From positions 1 through 25,088 of the IMG/VR virus record IMGVR_UViG_3300017700_000475: DNA of 25,088 bases, one strand, 5' to 3'. Both the position numbers and the translations under genes were made by a program. The stretch's first letter is position 1, and each line of letters begins with the position of its first letter. Below, in pieces: positions 16,911 through 24,501 of this stretch. Below the pieces are notes generated by a model, which saw only the letters and a list, made by a program, of their open reading frames with translations, ran no database searches and was not told the origin of the DNA. The stretch comes from a virus (lineage: Duplodnaviria; Caudoviricetes).

Positions 16911-17209
16911 GGTTGATAGTTTACCTGTGGCTTGGTTTCTTTCCGCAACTGCCGGCAGACCCTAATGTCCGTTCGCGTTTTCCAGCGGTGTTCTTGGATA
17001 GTCAACCACTGCATGTTCGACCTGTGATCGCGGCCATAGGCGCACAGGGCGGTTACGTGGTCAATTTCCCAGCCAGGGCAGCTACCGTACCGCAGACCAG
17101 TCGCAGGGCAAGGATTCTCGCGCTTGAAAGCCATCACCTCAGCCGCTGATCGCTGTCCGGCCATTGCCGGCAGGCAGAGTAGGAGTGCGGCGAACAGGGC
17201 GGCTTTCAT
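16907..17209 (-). CDS. Small HNH-motif protein with an N-terminal signal peptide
   Basis: ATG at 17209 (ATGA overlap). Signal-like 'MKAALFAALLLCLPAMAG' and HNH core 'EIDHVTALCAYGRDHRSNMQWLTIQEHRWKT'. Confidence 0.8.
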   Translation of the reverse strand: MKAALFAALLLCLPAMAGQRSAAEVMAFKRENPCPATGLRYGSCPGWEIDHVTALCAYGRDHRSNMQWLTIQEHRWKTRTDIRVCRQLRKETKPQVNYQP

Positions 17210-17538
17210 TGGGTTGGCAGGGCGGCGAATTCTTGCTCCCATTTCTCCAAGTACCAAACCATGAGGTTTTTCACATTTTCCTCGTACTTGTCATGAATTG
17301 CCCAAGCGCCTCGCGGACTTGTTCCATACTCGCAAAAGTCCGCGCTACACAAGATTTCTTGCAATAGAGCCACATAGGATTCTTGTAGACCAAGCTTTTG
17401 CGCAATGTCTTGGAACCAGCGCCCCTCCGTGCCCGACTCAATAAAGACGTTGATCAGATCAGCATCATTCGCTGAGCTATAGCCGGCGCAGGTTAGGCCA
17501 ACAGAATTCCAGAAATCCCACGGTTCATCATCCATCAT
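17206..17538 (-). CDS. Hypothetical protein (possible winged-helix-like)
   Basis: 110 aa, SD TAAGGA. HTH-like 'FQDIAQKLGLQESYVALL' followed by 'EYGTSPRGAW'. Confidence 0.65.
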   Translation of the reverse strand: MMDDEPWDFWNSVGLTCAGYSSANDADLINVFIESGTEGRWFQDIAQKLGLQESYVALLQEILCSADFCEYGTSPRGAWAIHDKYEENVKNLMVWYLEKWEQEFAALPTQ

Positions 17539-17556
17539 TGATCCTTAATTGCTGGC

Positions 17557-17569
17557 AGGGATAGGCAGA
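17557..17569. repeat. 13-bp direct repeat AGGGATAGGCAGA, copy 1
   Basis: Identical to 17796-17808; lies just upstream (minus strand) of a TAAGGA SD. Confidence 0.8.
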
Positions 17570-17590
17570 AGACCAAAATTGCAAGCTGGT

Positions 17591-17776
17591 TTACCACACA
17601 GGCCTACCGGCTTCACGGATGCCCATAGCTTGGCGCATCGCCATTTCCCTATCCCATGGGGCGCGCCTGTTGGTATCCAAGCACTCCTGCATAACTTTCC
17701 GAAATTGAGCTACGGTCAACTCTGAAATTTTCAGATGCTCGATGCTGTCTGACTGTCCAGTTGGTATCGAAAACAT
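17591..17776 (-). CDS. Hypothetical protein, 61 aa
   Basis: SD TAAGGAG upstream; co-oriented member of the accessory operon. Confidence 0.65.
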   Translation of the reverse strand: MFSIPTGQSDSIEHLKISELTVAQFRKVMQECLDTNRRAPWDREMAMRQAMGIREAGRPVW

Positions 17777-17795
17777 GATTCACTCCTTAGAGGTT

Positions 17796-17808
17796 AGGGA
17801 TAGGCAGA
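17796..17808. repeat. 13-bp direct repeat AGGGATAGGCAGA, copy 2
   Basis: Identical to 17557-17569; lies just upstream (minus strand) of a TAAGGAG SD. Confidence 0.8.
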
Positions 17809-17829
17809 GGGCTAGGAGTAGGGCGGGGG

Positions 17830-17994
17830 TCACAGGCGCCGGTCGTAATCAGACTCGATAACGCACTGGTTTTCCGTTCCGTCATAAGTAACAGTTGGGT
17901 CGCCCAATAGATTGCCCTCGTCGGCATCCATGATGACCACATCAGCAGTCGGCGGCATGTCCGAAAGAATCGCGATCAGCTCTTTTACCTTCAT
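17830..17994 (-). CDS. Small acidic phage protein, 54 aa (not in ORF track)
   Basis: Manual translation MKVKELIAILSDMPPTADVVIMDADEGNLLGDPTVTYDGTENQCVIESDYDRRL*; SD TAAGGAG; the 'MKVKELI..L..P..A.V' start is common in small phage proteins. Confidence 0.75.
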   Translation of the reverse strand: MKVKELIAILSDMPPTADVVIMDADEGNLLGDPTVTYDGTENQCVIESDYDRRL

Positions 17995-18060
17995 CACTCA
18001 CTCCTTAAAAACTTTGGAATTGCCACGGCATATTCCCTGCGATAATAAGAATGCGCTTTC

Positions 18061-18274
18061 TGACAATGCGGAGCGCTCCGCAAATTGTTAGCAGGCACTA
18101 CCGCAAAAACACGCACTGCCCGTAGCTCAGTTGGATAGAGCATCAGCCTTCTAAGCTGACCTAGAAACTCAATATTCACGCGGGCTGCAGCCTGATTCGC
18201 GCTCCGCAAACCTGATGCTTTAAACAGTATTCTAGGCCGCATGTCGCCGTAAGTCGATTGACGATTGCGGAGCG
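18061..18274. mobile_element. attP: attP region with putative integrase arm-type sites
   Basis: CGCTCCGCA occurs at 18074-18082 and 18200-18208, and inverted at 18067-18075 and 18266-18274. The copies flank a tRNA-derived core just downstream of int. Confidence 0.8.
18116..18159 (+). pseudogene. 5' half of tRNA-Arg(UCU), att common core
   Basis: CTGCCCG-TA-GCTC-AGTTGGATA-GAGC-A-TCAGC-CTTCTAA-GCTGA gives the acceptor 5' strand, D arm and anticodon arm (TCT at 18150-18152). No T arm follows. Confidence 0.9.
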
Positions 18275-19315
18275 TCATTTGGACGGCTTCACGATCTTGC
18301 CGCGGCGCAAATAGTGGCGCTGGGTGGTGCTGACGCTTGAATGCCCCAGCAGGTCAGCCGCGGCCTGTTCCCCGCGGTCCTCGGCTGTATCGTCCGCGGC
18401 TTTCGCCCGCAGGTCATAGAACCACATCCCTTCAATCTCCGCGGCAAGCTCCTTGTTGCCCGCGTCCAGCGCTTTAGCCGCAGCTGCTTTCCTCGCCGCG
18501 GTGAACCCATCCCGCAACACCCACTTAGTCAGCGGCATCCCGCGGGAATTCACCACCAGGGACGACGACCAGACCTTGTAAGCCCGCTTGCGCTCCTTCA
18601 CGCGCTCAATCACCGCGGCTAACCGCCCCTCGATGACAATCCGGCGCTTCTTATTGCCCTTGCCCTGCTTGACCGACAAAAGCCCGTCCTTGACGTGCTG
18701 TTCTGTCATCCGCAAGGTGTCGCCCGGGCGCTGGCCGGTGGCCTCGGCAAGATCCATGGCGTCCCGGGTCGGCTGGTCCGCGGCATCCCATACGGCCTGA
18801 AAAACCTCTTCCCCAATGTCCACATCCCGGGTTTCCAGCCCAAACCCGATAACTCCCTTGCAGGGGTTTTCGTTGTCGGTATAGCCTTCGCCGCGGCCAA
18901 AATTGAATATCGTGCTGGTCAGGCGCTTCAAGCGGTTCGCCGTGGTCGGCTGGCTTTTCTTCCACTTGAGCAGCTTTTTGATATGACTCGGCTTGATGGC
19001 GTCCAGCGGTGCCGGCTCCGGGTCGCTGAAAAACTCCCGCAAGTGCTTGAGGTCTGAGCGGTAAGTGGCCTGCGTGCTGGTTGCCAGCTTGGGGAGTTCT
19101 TCGGCTTCGTATTTCTCAATCAGGGCGATCATGGTGACAACCGGGCCAGCAGCCGCGGGCAGGGCCATCAGTTCGGACCACTTGCGGACCGCCAAAATGT
19201 AATCGTCGCCCAAGGGGATCTCGCGCCGCGGCTTGCCCCCAGCGTCGAAATAGTAGAACGTGCGCCCGGACTTCTGTAGCCGTGCGCGAAAGTTCTGCAT
19301 TGCCCCTTTAACCAT
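18275..19315 (-). CDS. int: Tyrosine recombinase (phage integrase)
   Basis: 'ATGQRPGD' (R), 'VKQGKG' (K), 'FYDLRAKA' (HxxR position), 'LLGH' and 'RHY'; N-terminal arm-binding-like region; adjacent to attP. Confidence 0.95.
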   Translation of the reverse strand: MVKGAMQNFRARLQKSGRTFYYFDAGGKPRREIPLGDDYILAVRKWSELMALPAAAGPVVTMIALIEKYEAEELPKLATSTQATYRSDLKHLREFFSDPEPAPLDAIKPSHIKKLLKWKKSQPTTANRLKRLTSTIFNFGRGEGYTDNENPCKGVIGFGLETRDVDIGEEVFQAVWDAADQPTRDAMDLAEATGQRPGDTLRMTEQHVKDGLLSVKQGKGNKKRRIVIEGRLAAVIERVKERKRAYKVWSSSLVVNSRGMPLTKWVLRDGFTAARKAAAAKALDAGNKELAAEIEGMWFYDLRAKAADDTAEDRGEQAAADLLGHSSVSTTQRHYLRRGKIVKPSK

Positions 19316-19541
19316 GCGCCATTACCCCCGGCTCCCATGATGCCACGGCCCGCGGTTCTGCTTTGCCACCTTCGATCACCGCACGGGCAACAATGGGCCG
19401 CCCCGCAGCGTTGACGTAAAACGGCACCTTTTGGGCCTTCAAAATGGCGATCTGGCGCGCTTCGCGGGTTTTCCCTTTGTGGCCGCCGCGGATGCCGGTC
19501 AGCTTGGCGATTTCGTCAGGTTCTAAGAAAAGGTCGCTCAT
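19308..19541 (-). CDS. DUF4224-family excisionase-like protein
   Basis: 'FLEPDEIAKLTG...RQIAILKAQKVPFYVNAAGRPIVAR'; overlaps the int start. Confidence 0.8.
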   Translation of the reverse strand: MSDLFLEPDEIAKLTGIRGGHKGKTREARQIAILKAQKVPFYVNAAGRPIVARAVIEGGKAEPRAVASWEPGVMAHG

Positions 19542-19696
19542 GTCGCACCTTTCCCGGACTGCGCCTTCACAATCTCAGCCGCAACCAGCCGCACAATCCG
19601 CCGCGCATCAGGCCGTGATGCAAGCCACTTGCTGAGCTGCTTTGAATCGTCCTGCAGTAGACCGGGCGGCCAGCCTGTTTTTGGTGTGTCGCTCAT
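19538..19696 (-). CDS. Hypothetical protein, 52 aa
   Basis: Likely start MSDTPKTGWPPGLLQDD at 19696; ATGA overlaps at both ends. Confidence 0.65.
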   Translation of the reverse strand: MSDTPKTGWPPGLLQDDSKQLSKWLASRPDARRIVRLVAAEIVKAQSGKGAT

Positions 19697-19932
19697 GTCG
19701 GCCCCTTGGTTTGAGCGGCGGCGCGCTTGCATATCTGTTTTCCGTCCTCCCCCATTCGCGGCGTCAAGCTGCTGGGCCACGGCGTGCGGAGGTATTGGCA
19801 CCCGGTCAAAGCATCAGTGATCGGGACAATGCCGCTCCGGGTTGGTGGGGTGTCCGTGTCGTCGTATGGCTGAAAGTATCCCCACACCATCAACCCAAGG
19901 CCAACAACAATCCCAAAAATTCCGGCTCTCAT
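19693..19932 (-). CDS. Membrane-anchored hypothetical protein (DUF6440-like)
   Basis: N-terminal TM and 'RSG....TDALTGCQYL'; ATGA-coupled. Confidence 0.6.
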   Translation of the reverse strand: MRAGIFGIVVGLGLMVWGYFQPYDDTDTPPTRSGIVPITDALTGCQYLRTPWPSSLTPRMGEDGKQICKRAAAQTKGPT

Positions 19933-20546
19933 ACCCCTCCCTCCATCCCTTGCCCAGCAGTGATTCCGTGGGCGCGCTCGATTGCTCTGGCGAAGTCATG
20001 CCACGCCAGCCCGCCGTGTGCATTGGCATTAGCGTATTCCGCGTGAATCTTCTTGATCCTGTCAGAGGTCAGCGGCACCCCGCCACATTCACCCCCGCCC
20101 AAATGAACCGGCTGCTGTTTTGGCGGTTCGAGCTGGCAGCTCAGTGCAATGCAATCCTTTGAGCCACAAGACGGGCAGCCGCCCATTGTCAACATGGCGT
20201 GCAGCCTTGGTGCTTTTGCCAGAAGCTCGCGCAGATCCTCGGTTTTGGGTACAGCGGCTTGCTGGATTGCGGCGCTCCCGTATTTCAGTTCGCACACCTC
20301 CCGATGCCGCCGCAGGTAGTCGGCGGTCATGTCATCCAGCTTTTGCTGCAGGTCGGCGATTGCGACGCGGGCGTAGTCGCGCATCTGGTCGGCGGTGTAG
20401 AGCGGCTCCCACGGGAGGTTGTCCAGTTCGTCTTTGCTGTCGGCGTGGACATAGCTTCCTAAATCGCTTTCGTCACCGTCCCACTCGCGACGATAAGACT
20501 CAGGCTCGGGCAGCTCAGGCATCGCCACATCAGTGTTTGTGGTCAT
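19929..20546 (-). CDS. Hypothetical early-region protein
   Basis: 205 aa, ATGA-coupled; mosaic early-protein motifs 'LYTADQMRDYAR', 'CPSCG' and 'FARAIERAHGI'. Confidence 0.75.
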   Translation of the reverse strand: MTTNTDVAMPELPEPESYRREWDGDESDLGSYVHADSKDELDNLPWEPLYTADQMRDYARVAIADLQQKLDDMTADYLRRHREVCELKYGSAAIQQAAVPKTEDLRELLAKAPRLHAMLTMGGCPSCGSKDCIALSCQLEPPKQQPVHLGGGECGGVPLTSDRIKKIHAEYANANAHGGLAWHDFARAIERAHGITAGQGMEGGV

Positions 20547-20758
20547 GGGTTGCCTTTCAATGCTGCGATGTTTTTGTCATAAATCACGAGCTGTTTCTGT
20601 TGCTCGGCCTTGCAAAGCTGGATGATTTTTCTGGCGGTAACAGACGCTGATCCGGCGTCCGGTCCGTAAACGTGGCCGCCTTCCATCAGTGACATGACGG
20701 CTGCAAAAATGTTCAGGTTGGTGTGGGCCTCGGCGGCTGCTTTTGCTGCTGTTTTCAT
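20543..20758 (-). CDS. Hypothetical protein, 71 aa
   Basis: ATGA overlaps on both sides; purine-rich SD. Confidence 0.7.
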   Translation of the reverse strand: MKTAAKAAAEAHTNLNIFAAVMSLMEGGHVYGPDAGSASVTARKIIQLCKAEQQKQLVIYDKNIAALKGNP

Positions 20759-21534
20759 TTCCCCTCCCCCCGGTCACCGCCCTTGGCGAGAATGGCGGCG
20801 CGGATGGTTGATCTGATAAGGTCGCTGCCGTCTAGCTCGCAATCAATGTAAAACGACGTGACGCCGCCAGTGTCGTTTTCGTAGTTTCCGCTGATGTCGG
20901 TAAAGTGCCGCTCCAACCAATCCAACAGCTCCGTATCAGTTGGCCCCGGCCCTTGCACGCGGTCACATTCGCCACTGTCAGAATGAACTGAATCCGGTCG
21001 CGCATCCATCACCCCCGCCCCACCAGCACCAACGGGAGGGGTGGCGGTTCTCAGCACAGCCATGCGGACAAGAGCGCGGTCCCACGTCAACCCACCCATG
21101 CCGCCGTTGTAACCGGTAGCCAGAAGCGACGTGTAGCAGAGGTTCGCCAGAGCGTCCGCTTCCTCGTCGGAAACCGCAGGCGAAGCAACCGGCACACGGG
21201 CGGCGGCGAGAGCCCACTTTGCGCCCAAGTGGAAATAGGTGCGCTGCACGGCGCTTGCAAACAGGTTGCCGTCGTTGCTCCAATCAAGGTCTGGATGGAA
21301 CGCCATGCGTGCCGCCTGCTCAATTTCAGCCTCCCCGACAGGTGCCGCCACCTCCTGCTGGCTGGCAATAGCGGCGCGAGCAAGCCATGCCTGCCACACG
21401 GACTGCGTTCGCCCAAACAGGTAGCTGCCGTCTTCACGTCTGTCAAGATTGCAGTCCAATGGATCGCGCCCGCGCCACCACGCTTCAAACTTCTCGCGCT
21501 CTGCCGCCTCTACCTGGCTTGTTGTTTGTGTCAT
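20755..21534 (-). CDS. Hypothetical mosaic early protein
   Basis: Likely start MTQTTSQ at 21534 (SD AAGGA); 'EREKFEAWW', 'WQAWLARAA' and 'DTELLDWLE' modules. Confidence 0.7.
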   Translation of the reverse strand: MTQTTSQVEAAEREKFEAWWRGRDPLDCNLDRREDGSYLFGRTQSVWQAWLARAAIASQQEVAAPVGEAEIEQAARMAFHPDLDWSNDGNLFASAVQRTYFHLGAKWALAAARVPVASPAVSDEEADALANLCYTSLLATGYNGGMGGLTWDRALVRMAVLRTATPPVGAGGAGVMDARPDSVHSDSGECDRVQGPGPTDTELLDWLERHFTDISGNYENDTGGVTSFYIDCELDGSDLIRSTIRAAILAKGGDRGEGK

Positions 21535-21535
21535 A

Positions 21536-21856
21536 TCAGTCCTTCGGTGGTTGTTTGGTGAGGGCGGCTTCAGCGATTTCGTCCGGATAACTTTCTGCAT
21601 TCCAGCAACCGTCCTCGCCATAGTTATCATCGTCAGCGATTTTTTCCAGCGCAGCCTGCATCCGTGCGTTATCAGCCATAGCGTTCTGCAGCTCGCCAAA
21701 CAGCGAGACATAGTTAAGCGCCTGATTCGCAATCTCAGCCTCCCTCGCGGCTAGCTCGTTACGTGGCACCAGTAGCGTATTGGCATCGCCGATGTTGCCC
21801 GTGACTGCATAAAGCGTGCAGTACGGTACAAACTCAATTTTCCGTATTGCGTCCAT
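21536..21856 (-). CDS. Hypothetical protein
   Basis: Likely start MDAIRK at 21856 (SD GGAG); coiled coil and 'AALEKIA...EIAEAAL' motif. Confidence 0.65.
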   Translation of the reverse strand: MDAIRKIEFVPYCTLYAVTGNIGDANTLLVPRNELAAREAEIANQALNYVSLFGELQNAMADNARMQAALEKIADDDNYGEDGCWNAESYPDEIAEAALTKQPPKD

Positions 21857-22028
21857 CACTGGCTCCCTGGTTAGTTTGAATCTCGCCCGCTTCGTAGTGC
21901 TGCACAAGCTGCGATGCGCTTACTTGGTCGCTGTTGATGCACTCCAGTAATTGCATGAGGTCATCGTCCAGCGGGGCGGATTGGCCTCTCTTTGCCGCAA
22001 GAGCCTCCTGATGTTGTCTGTGGTTCAT
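21834..22028 (-). CDS. Hypothetical protein, 64 aa
   Basis: Start MNHRQ at 22028 with SD AAGGAG. Confidence 0.65.
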   Translation of the reverse strand: MNHRQHQEALAAKRGQSAPLDDDLMQLLECINSDQVSASQLVQHYEAGEIQTNQGASDGRNTEN

Positions 22029-22045
22029 ACAAAACTCCTTTGTGG

Positions 22046-22717
22046 TTACTGCGGCATGGTCGATGCTTCTCGCCATGCGTCATTTCTCACGATCAAACAG
22101 ATGTTTGACTTGTCGGTTTGGTATTCCTTGGCGAGAACGTCTGTTCGTTCGCCATCGGCATGTCTGGCGCGGATCTGTCTGGCTATTTCAATGCTCAGCT
22201 TTGCCTGCCTGCGAATACCTGGAGTAACAGCCAAAGAATGCTTGATGCCACGAGAAACACGCCCGCGCTCAACAGCATCGCGGCTATTGTCTTTGTGTGT
22301 GCCTTGTAGTAGGTGATCCGGGTTGCAACAAATTCTGTTGTCGCAGTCGTGTCGGATAAGTTTCTTGCCGAGCGGCTTCCCTGTAGCCAGCTGATAAGCG
22401 AGCCGGTGCGTGTACTGCGTCTTGCGCTTCACTGTGATGCGACCGTACCCGTTATCCTGGACACATCCTTTCCAATTCCAGCACTCGGTTTTTTCGTCAA
22501 CCTCACAGCGCGCCTTAATGTCTTCAATCGTCACCTCCCTGGCTGAGTGAAGTTCGGTGTTGCCACGAATGCGCGAGCCATACATCCTTAGAGCATTGGC
22601 AACTGCACCAACGCTCACGCCCATTTGTACAGAAATGGCGGTCAGCGAGAGTCCGGATTCATACAAAGCCGCCGACTCACGGACTCGATTCATAGTAAGA
22701 GCGAAATTTCGACCCAT
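22046..22717 (-). CDS. Free-standing HNH endonuclease (HNH_3 type) with HTH segments
   Basis: 'CWNWKG....GYG.I.......THRLAY', 'IRHDCDNRICCNPDHL..GT..DN..D'; HTH-like N- and C-terminal parts; likely start at 22717. Confidence 0.88.
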   Translation of the reverse strand: MGRNFALTMNRVRESAALYESGLSLTAISVQMGVSVGAVANALRMYGSRIRGNTELHSAREVTIEDIKARCEVDEKTECWNWKGCVQDNGYGRITVKRKTQYTHRLAYQLATGKPLGKKLIRHDCDNRICCNPDHLLQGTHKDNSRDAVERGRVSRGIKHSLAVTPGIRRQAKLSIEIARQIRARHADGERTDVLAKEYQTDKSNICLIVRNDAWREASTMPQ

Positions 22718-22731
22718 GGTGACTTTCTGAG

Positions 22732-23412
22732 TTAAACGGTTTCTAGTTCTTCCATAGGCGCGAAGATTTCGAGCCGGTGTTCCTTGTCGAAGTCGGTCAC
22801 GACCTGCAAAAAGTACTCGCGCGCCTGTTTGACCTTCTCGAAAATCGCGGCCTCTTTGTCGGCTTCGCGCTTCACCAGCCAAGTTGTCAGGCGCTGGTGC
22901 TCCGGAATGTGGTCAAAGAAGTGCATCGAGACAGGCTCAAACCCGATCAGGTGTTCTGGCGTGTTGACAAGGCAGTAATTCACCTCCCACTCGTCGGCAT
23001 CCCACAAGGCCATATATCCGCGCATCTGCCACTCGTAGAGCTTGTCTTCACAGTCAATAGGCAGGATGGGGAACGTGGCGGCAGACCATGAGGATTTAGC
23101 GTCATGTCCGCGCTTGCGGTCGGAGTCGAAAAGATCGCATTCGCCAGTAATAAATCCGTTGGCCTTGCGCTCGGTGTTCTTTGACAACGACAGTCCGCGC
23201 ACGCGGTTGATCAGGGCGATGGATTCAGGCTCTACCAGAACCCCCTTTTCCATTTGCTTGCTGGAAACCTCGAAATCCACCCCGAAAATCTCCTGCGCAG
23301 CCAGTTGCCGGATGTAGGTCTTTGCGCCGACAGACAGCGGGCCTTCAGCCTTGGTTTTGGGTTCCGTCATAAGCTTGCCGATAGACGAACAGCGAAACAG
23401 AATCTCACTCAT
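22732..23412 (-). CDS. YqaJ / lambda-exonuclease-like recombination nuclease
   Basis: 'FRCSSIGKLM', 'MEKG...E', 'ITGECD', 'DAKSSW' (PD-(D/E)xK) and 'YEWQMRGYM'. Confidence 0.85.
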   Translation of the reverse strand: MSEILFRCSSIGKLMTEPKTKAEGPLSVGAKTYIRQLAAQEIFGVDFEVSSKQMEKGVLVEPESIALINRVRGLSLSKNTERKANGFITGECDLFDSDRKRGHDAKSSWSAATFPILPIDCEDKLYEWQMRGYMALWDADEWEVNYCLVNTPEHLIGFEPVSMHFFDHIPEHQRLTTWLVKREADKEAAIFEKVKQAREYFLQVVTDFDKEHRLEIFAPMEELETV

Positions 23413-24166
23413 GACCGGCTCCGTCTGCAATCTGTGCCGCTTTGCGCATGGCCGCGAATTCCTTGCCCATCTCGTTGCGCTGCTTGGCAGTCAAGCCGCC
23501 CCACCACGCCGTTAACGCCTTCATTCCCTGCATAGCCGCATCGCGGCCAGCTTGCAGCGCTGGGGCCTCTTTGCTGTCAGCACCTTTCCCGCCGTCATCA
23601 TCCTCGCCCCCCTCAGCCACGCCAGTGATGGCTTTTAGGGTGTAGCGCTCAAGGTAGGAAACTGTGCTGGCGCGGGCCTGAATGGCGTTCTTCGCGCCTC
23701 CCGTGTCAGGTGGCCCGCCCATGGAAACGGATTCAGAATGCCCGCCGATGTGACGCAGGGTGCAAGTCACTTCCAGCCACTGAGACTCATCCTTGGTAAT
23801 CTTCCAGGATGAGCTAAGGCCTTGCCGGGAAAGGGCCGGGGTGACGGCGTTCACCACCGAGAACAATTCGGCGTAGCTTTTCCCGCTCAGAGGGCCGGCT
23901 GTAACGTCTTTGTTCCGAACGATCTGGACGGCCTCGGCCTTGAAGGCGGCAAACGCGGCATCGTATGCCTTGCGGGCTTCGGTGGCCTCCCAGCGTTCTT
24001 GCAGGGCCATCAGGCGCTCCAGACGGTCAAGGTCTGCCCCTTGCTCCACGGCCATCTGCAAAAGCATGGAGGGCGTTGCTTGCGGCAAGCTGCGCACCTC
24101 GCGGCTAGTCTCGGGCGAGTTTTCAATCACTTCTAGCGTCATCGGATCTTTCAGTACTGCGTTCAT
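23405..24166 (-). CDS. erf: Erf-family single-strand annealing protein
   Basis: 'SYAEL..V...V.PALS.QGL', 'CTLRH.GGHSE', 'QA..S.VSY..RYTL.A..G' and 'EDDDG'. Confidence 0.88.
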   Translation of the reverse strand: MNAVLKDPMTLEVIENSPETSREVRSLPQATPSMLLQMAVEQGADLDRLERLMALQERWEATEARKAYDAAFAAFKAEAVQIVRNKDVTAGPLSGKSYAELFSVVNAVTPALSRQGLSSSWKITKDESQWLEVTCTLRHIGGHSESVSMGGPPDTGGAKNAIQARASTVSYLERYTLKAITGVAEGGEDDDGGKGADSKEAPALQAGRDAAMQGMKALTAWWGGLTAKQRNEMGKEFAAMRKAAQIADGAGHE

Positions 24167-24501
24167 GTTCTTCCTTGGTTAGCGGCAACTTGCCGAATCT
24201 CTTCCATGTGTTCCTCAACAAACCGATTGCGCAATAGGATCGCCGCCTGTTCGCGCTGCTCCTGATTCGCCGCTGTGCCGAACAGAAGTGACGCAACATC
24301 ATCGGTGCTGATTTCTCCGAAATACTTAGACGGCTCGCGCTCCGTGCTGGCCGATTCAATCCAGCACGCCATGCGCTCCGGTGTGGCGTACTGGTCAACA
24401 GCCATTTCGAAAATGCGCTCTTCCAGAAAGCAGGCCAGCGGGAAGGTTTCAAGGCGTCGGAAACTCTCGTTTGCTGCTTCTATGCGTAGGACGGCGTTCA
24501 T
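24163..24501 (-). CDS. Hypothetical protein, 112 aa
   Basis: ATGA-coupled on both sides within the early operon. Confidence 0.7.
   Translation of the reverse strand: MNAVLRIEAANESFRRLETFPLACFLEERIFEMAVDQYATPERMACWIESASTEREPSKYFGEISTDDVASLLFGTAANQEQREQAAILLRNRFVEEHMEEIRQVAANQGRT

Noticed and set aside
16035-17209. Type II restriction-modification system (HNH plus MTase)
   Set aside because: The MTase lacks DNA-MTase catalytic motifs and the HNH protein carries a signal peptide.
18116-18195. Complete phage tRNA-Arg gene
   Set aside because: No GTTC T arm and no properly paired 3' acceptor/CCA follow the anticodon arm; it is only a 5' fragment.
17994-18278. 94-aa minus-strand ORF following int
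   Set aside because: It runs across the attP core and arm sites, has no protein-like motif, and would be split on integration.
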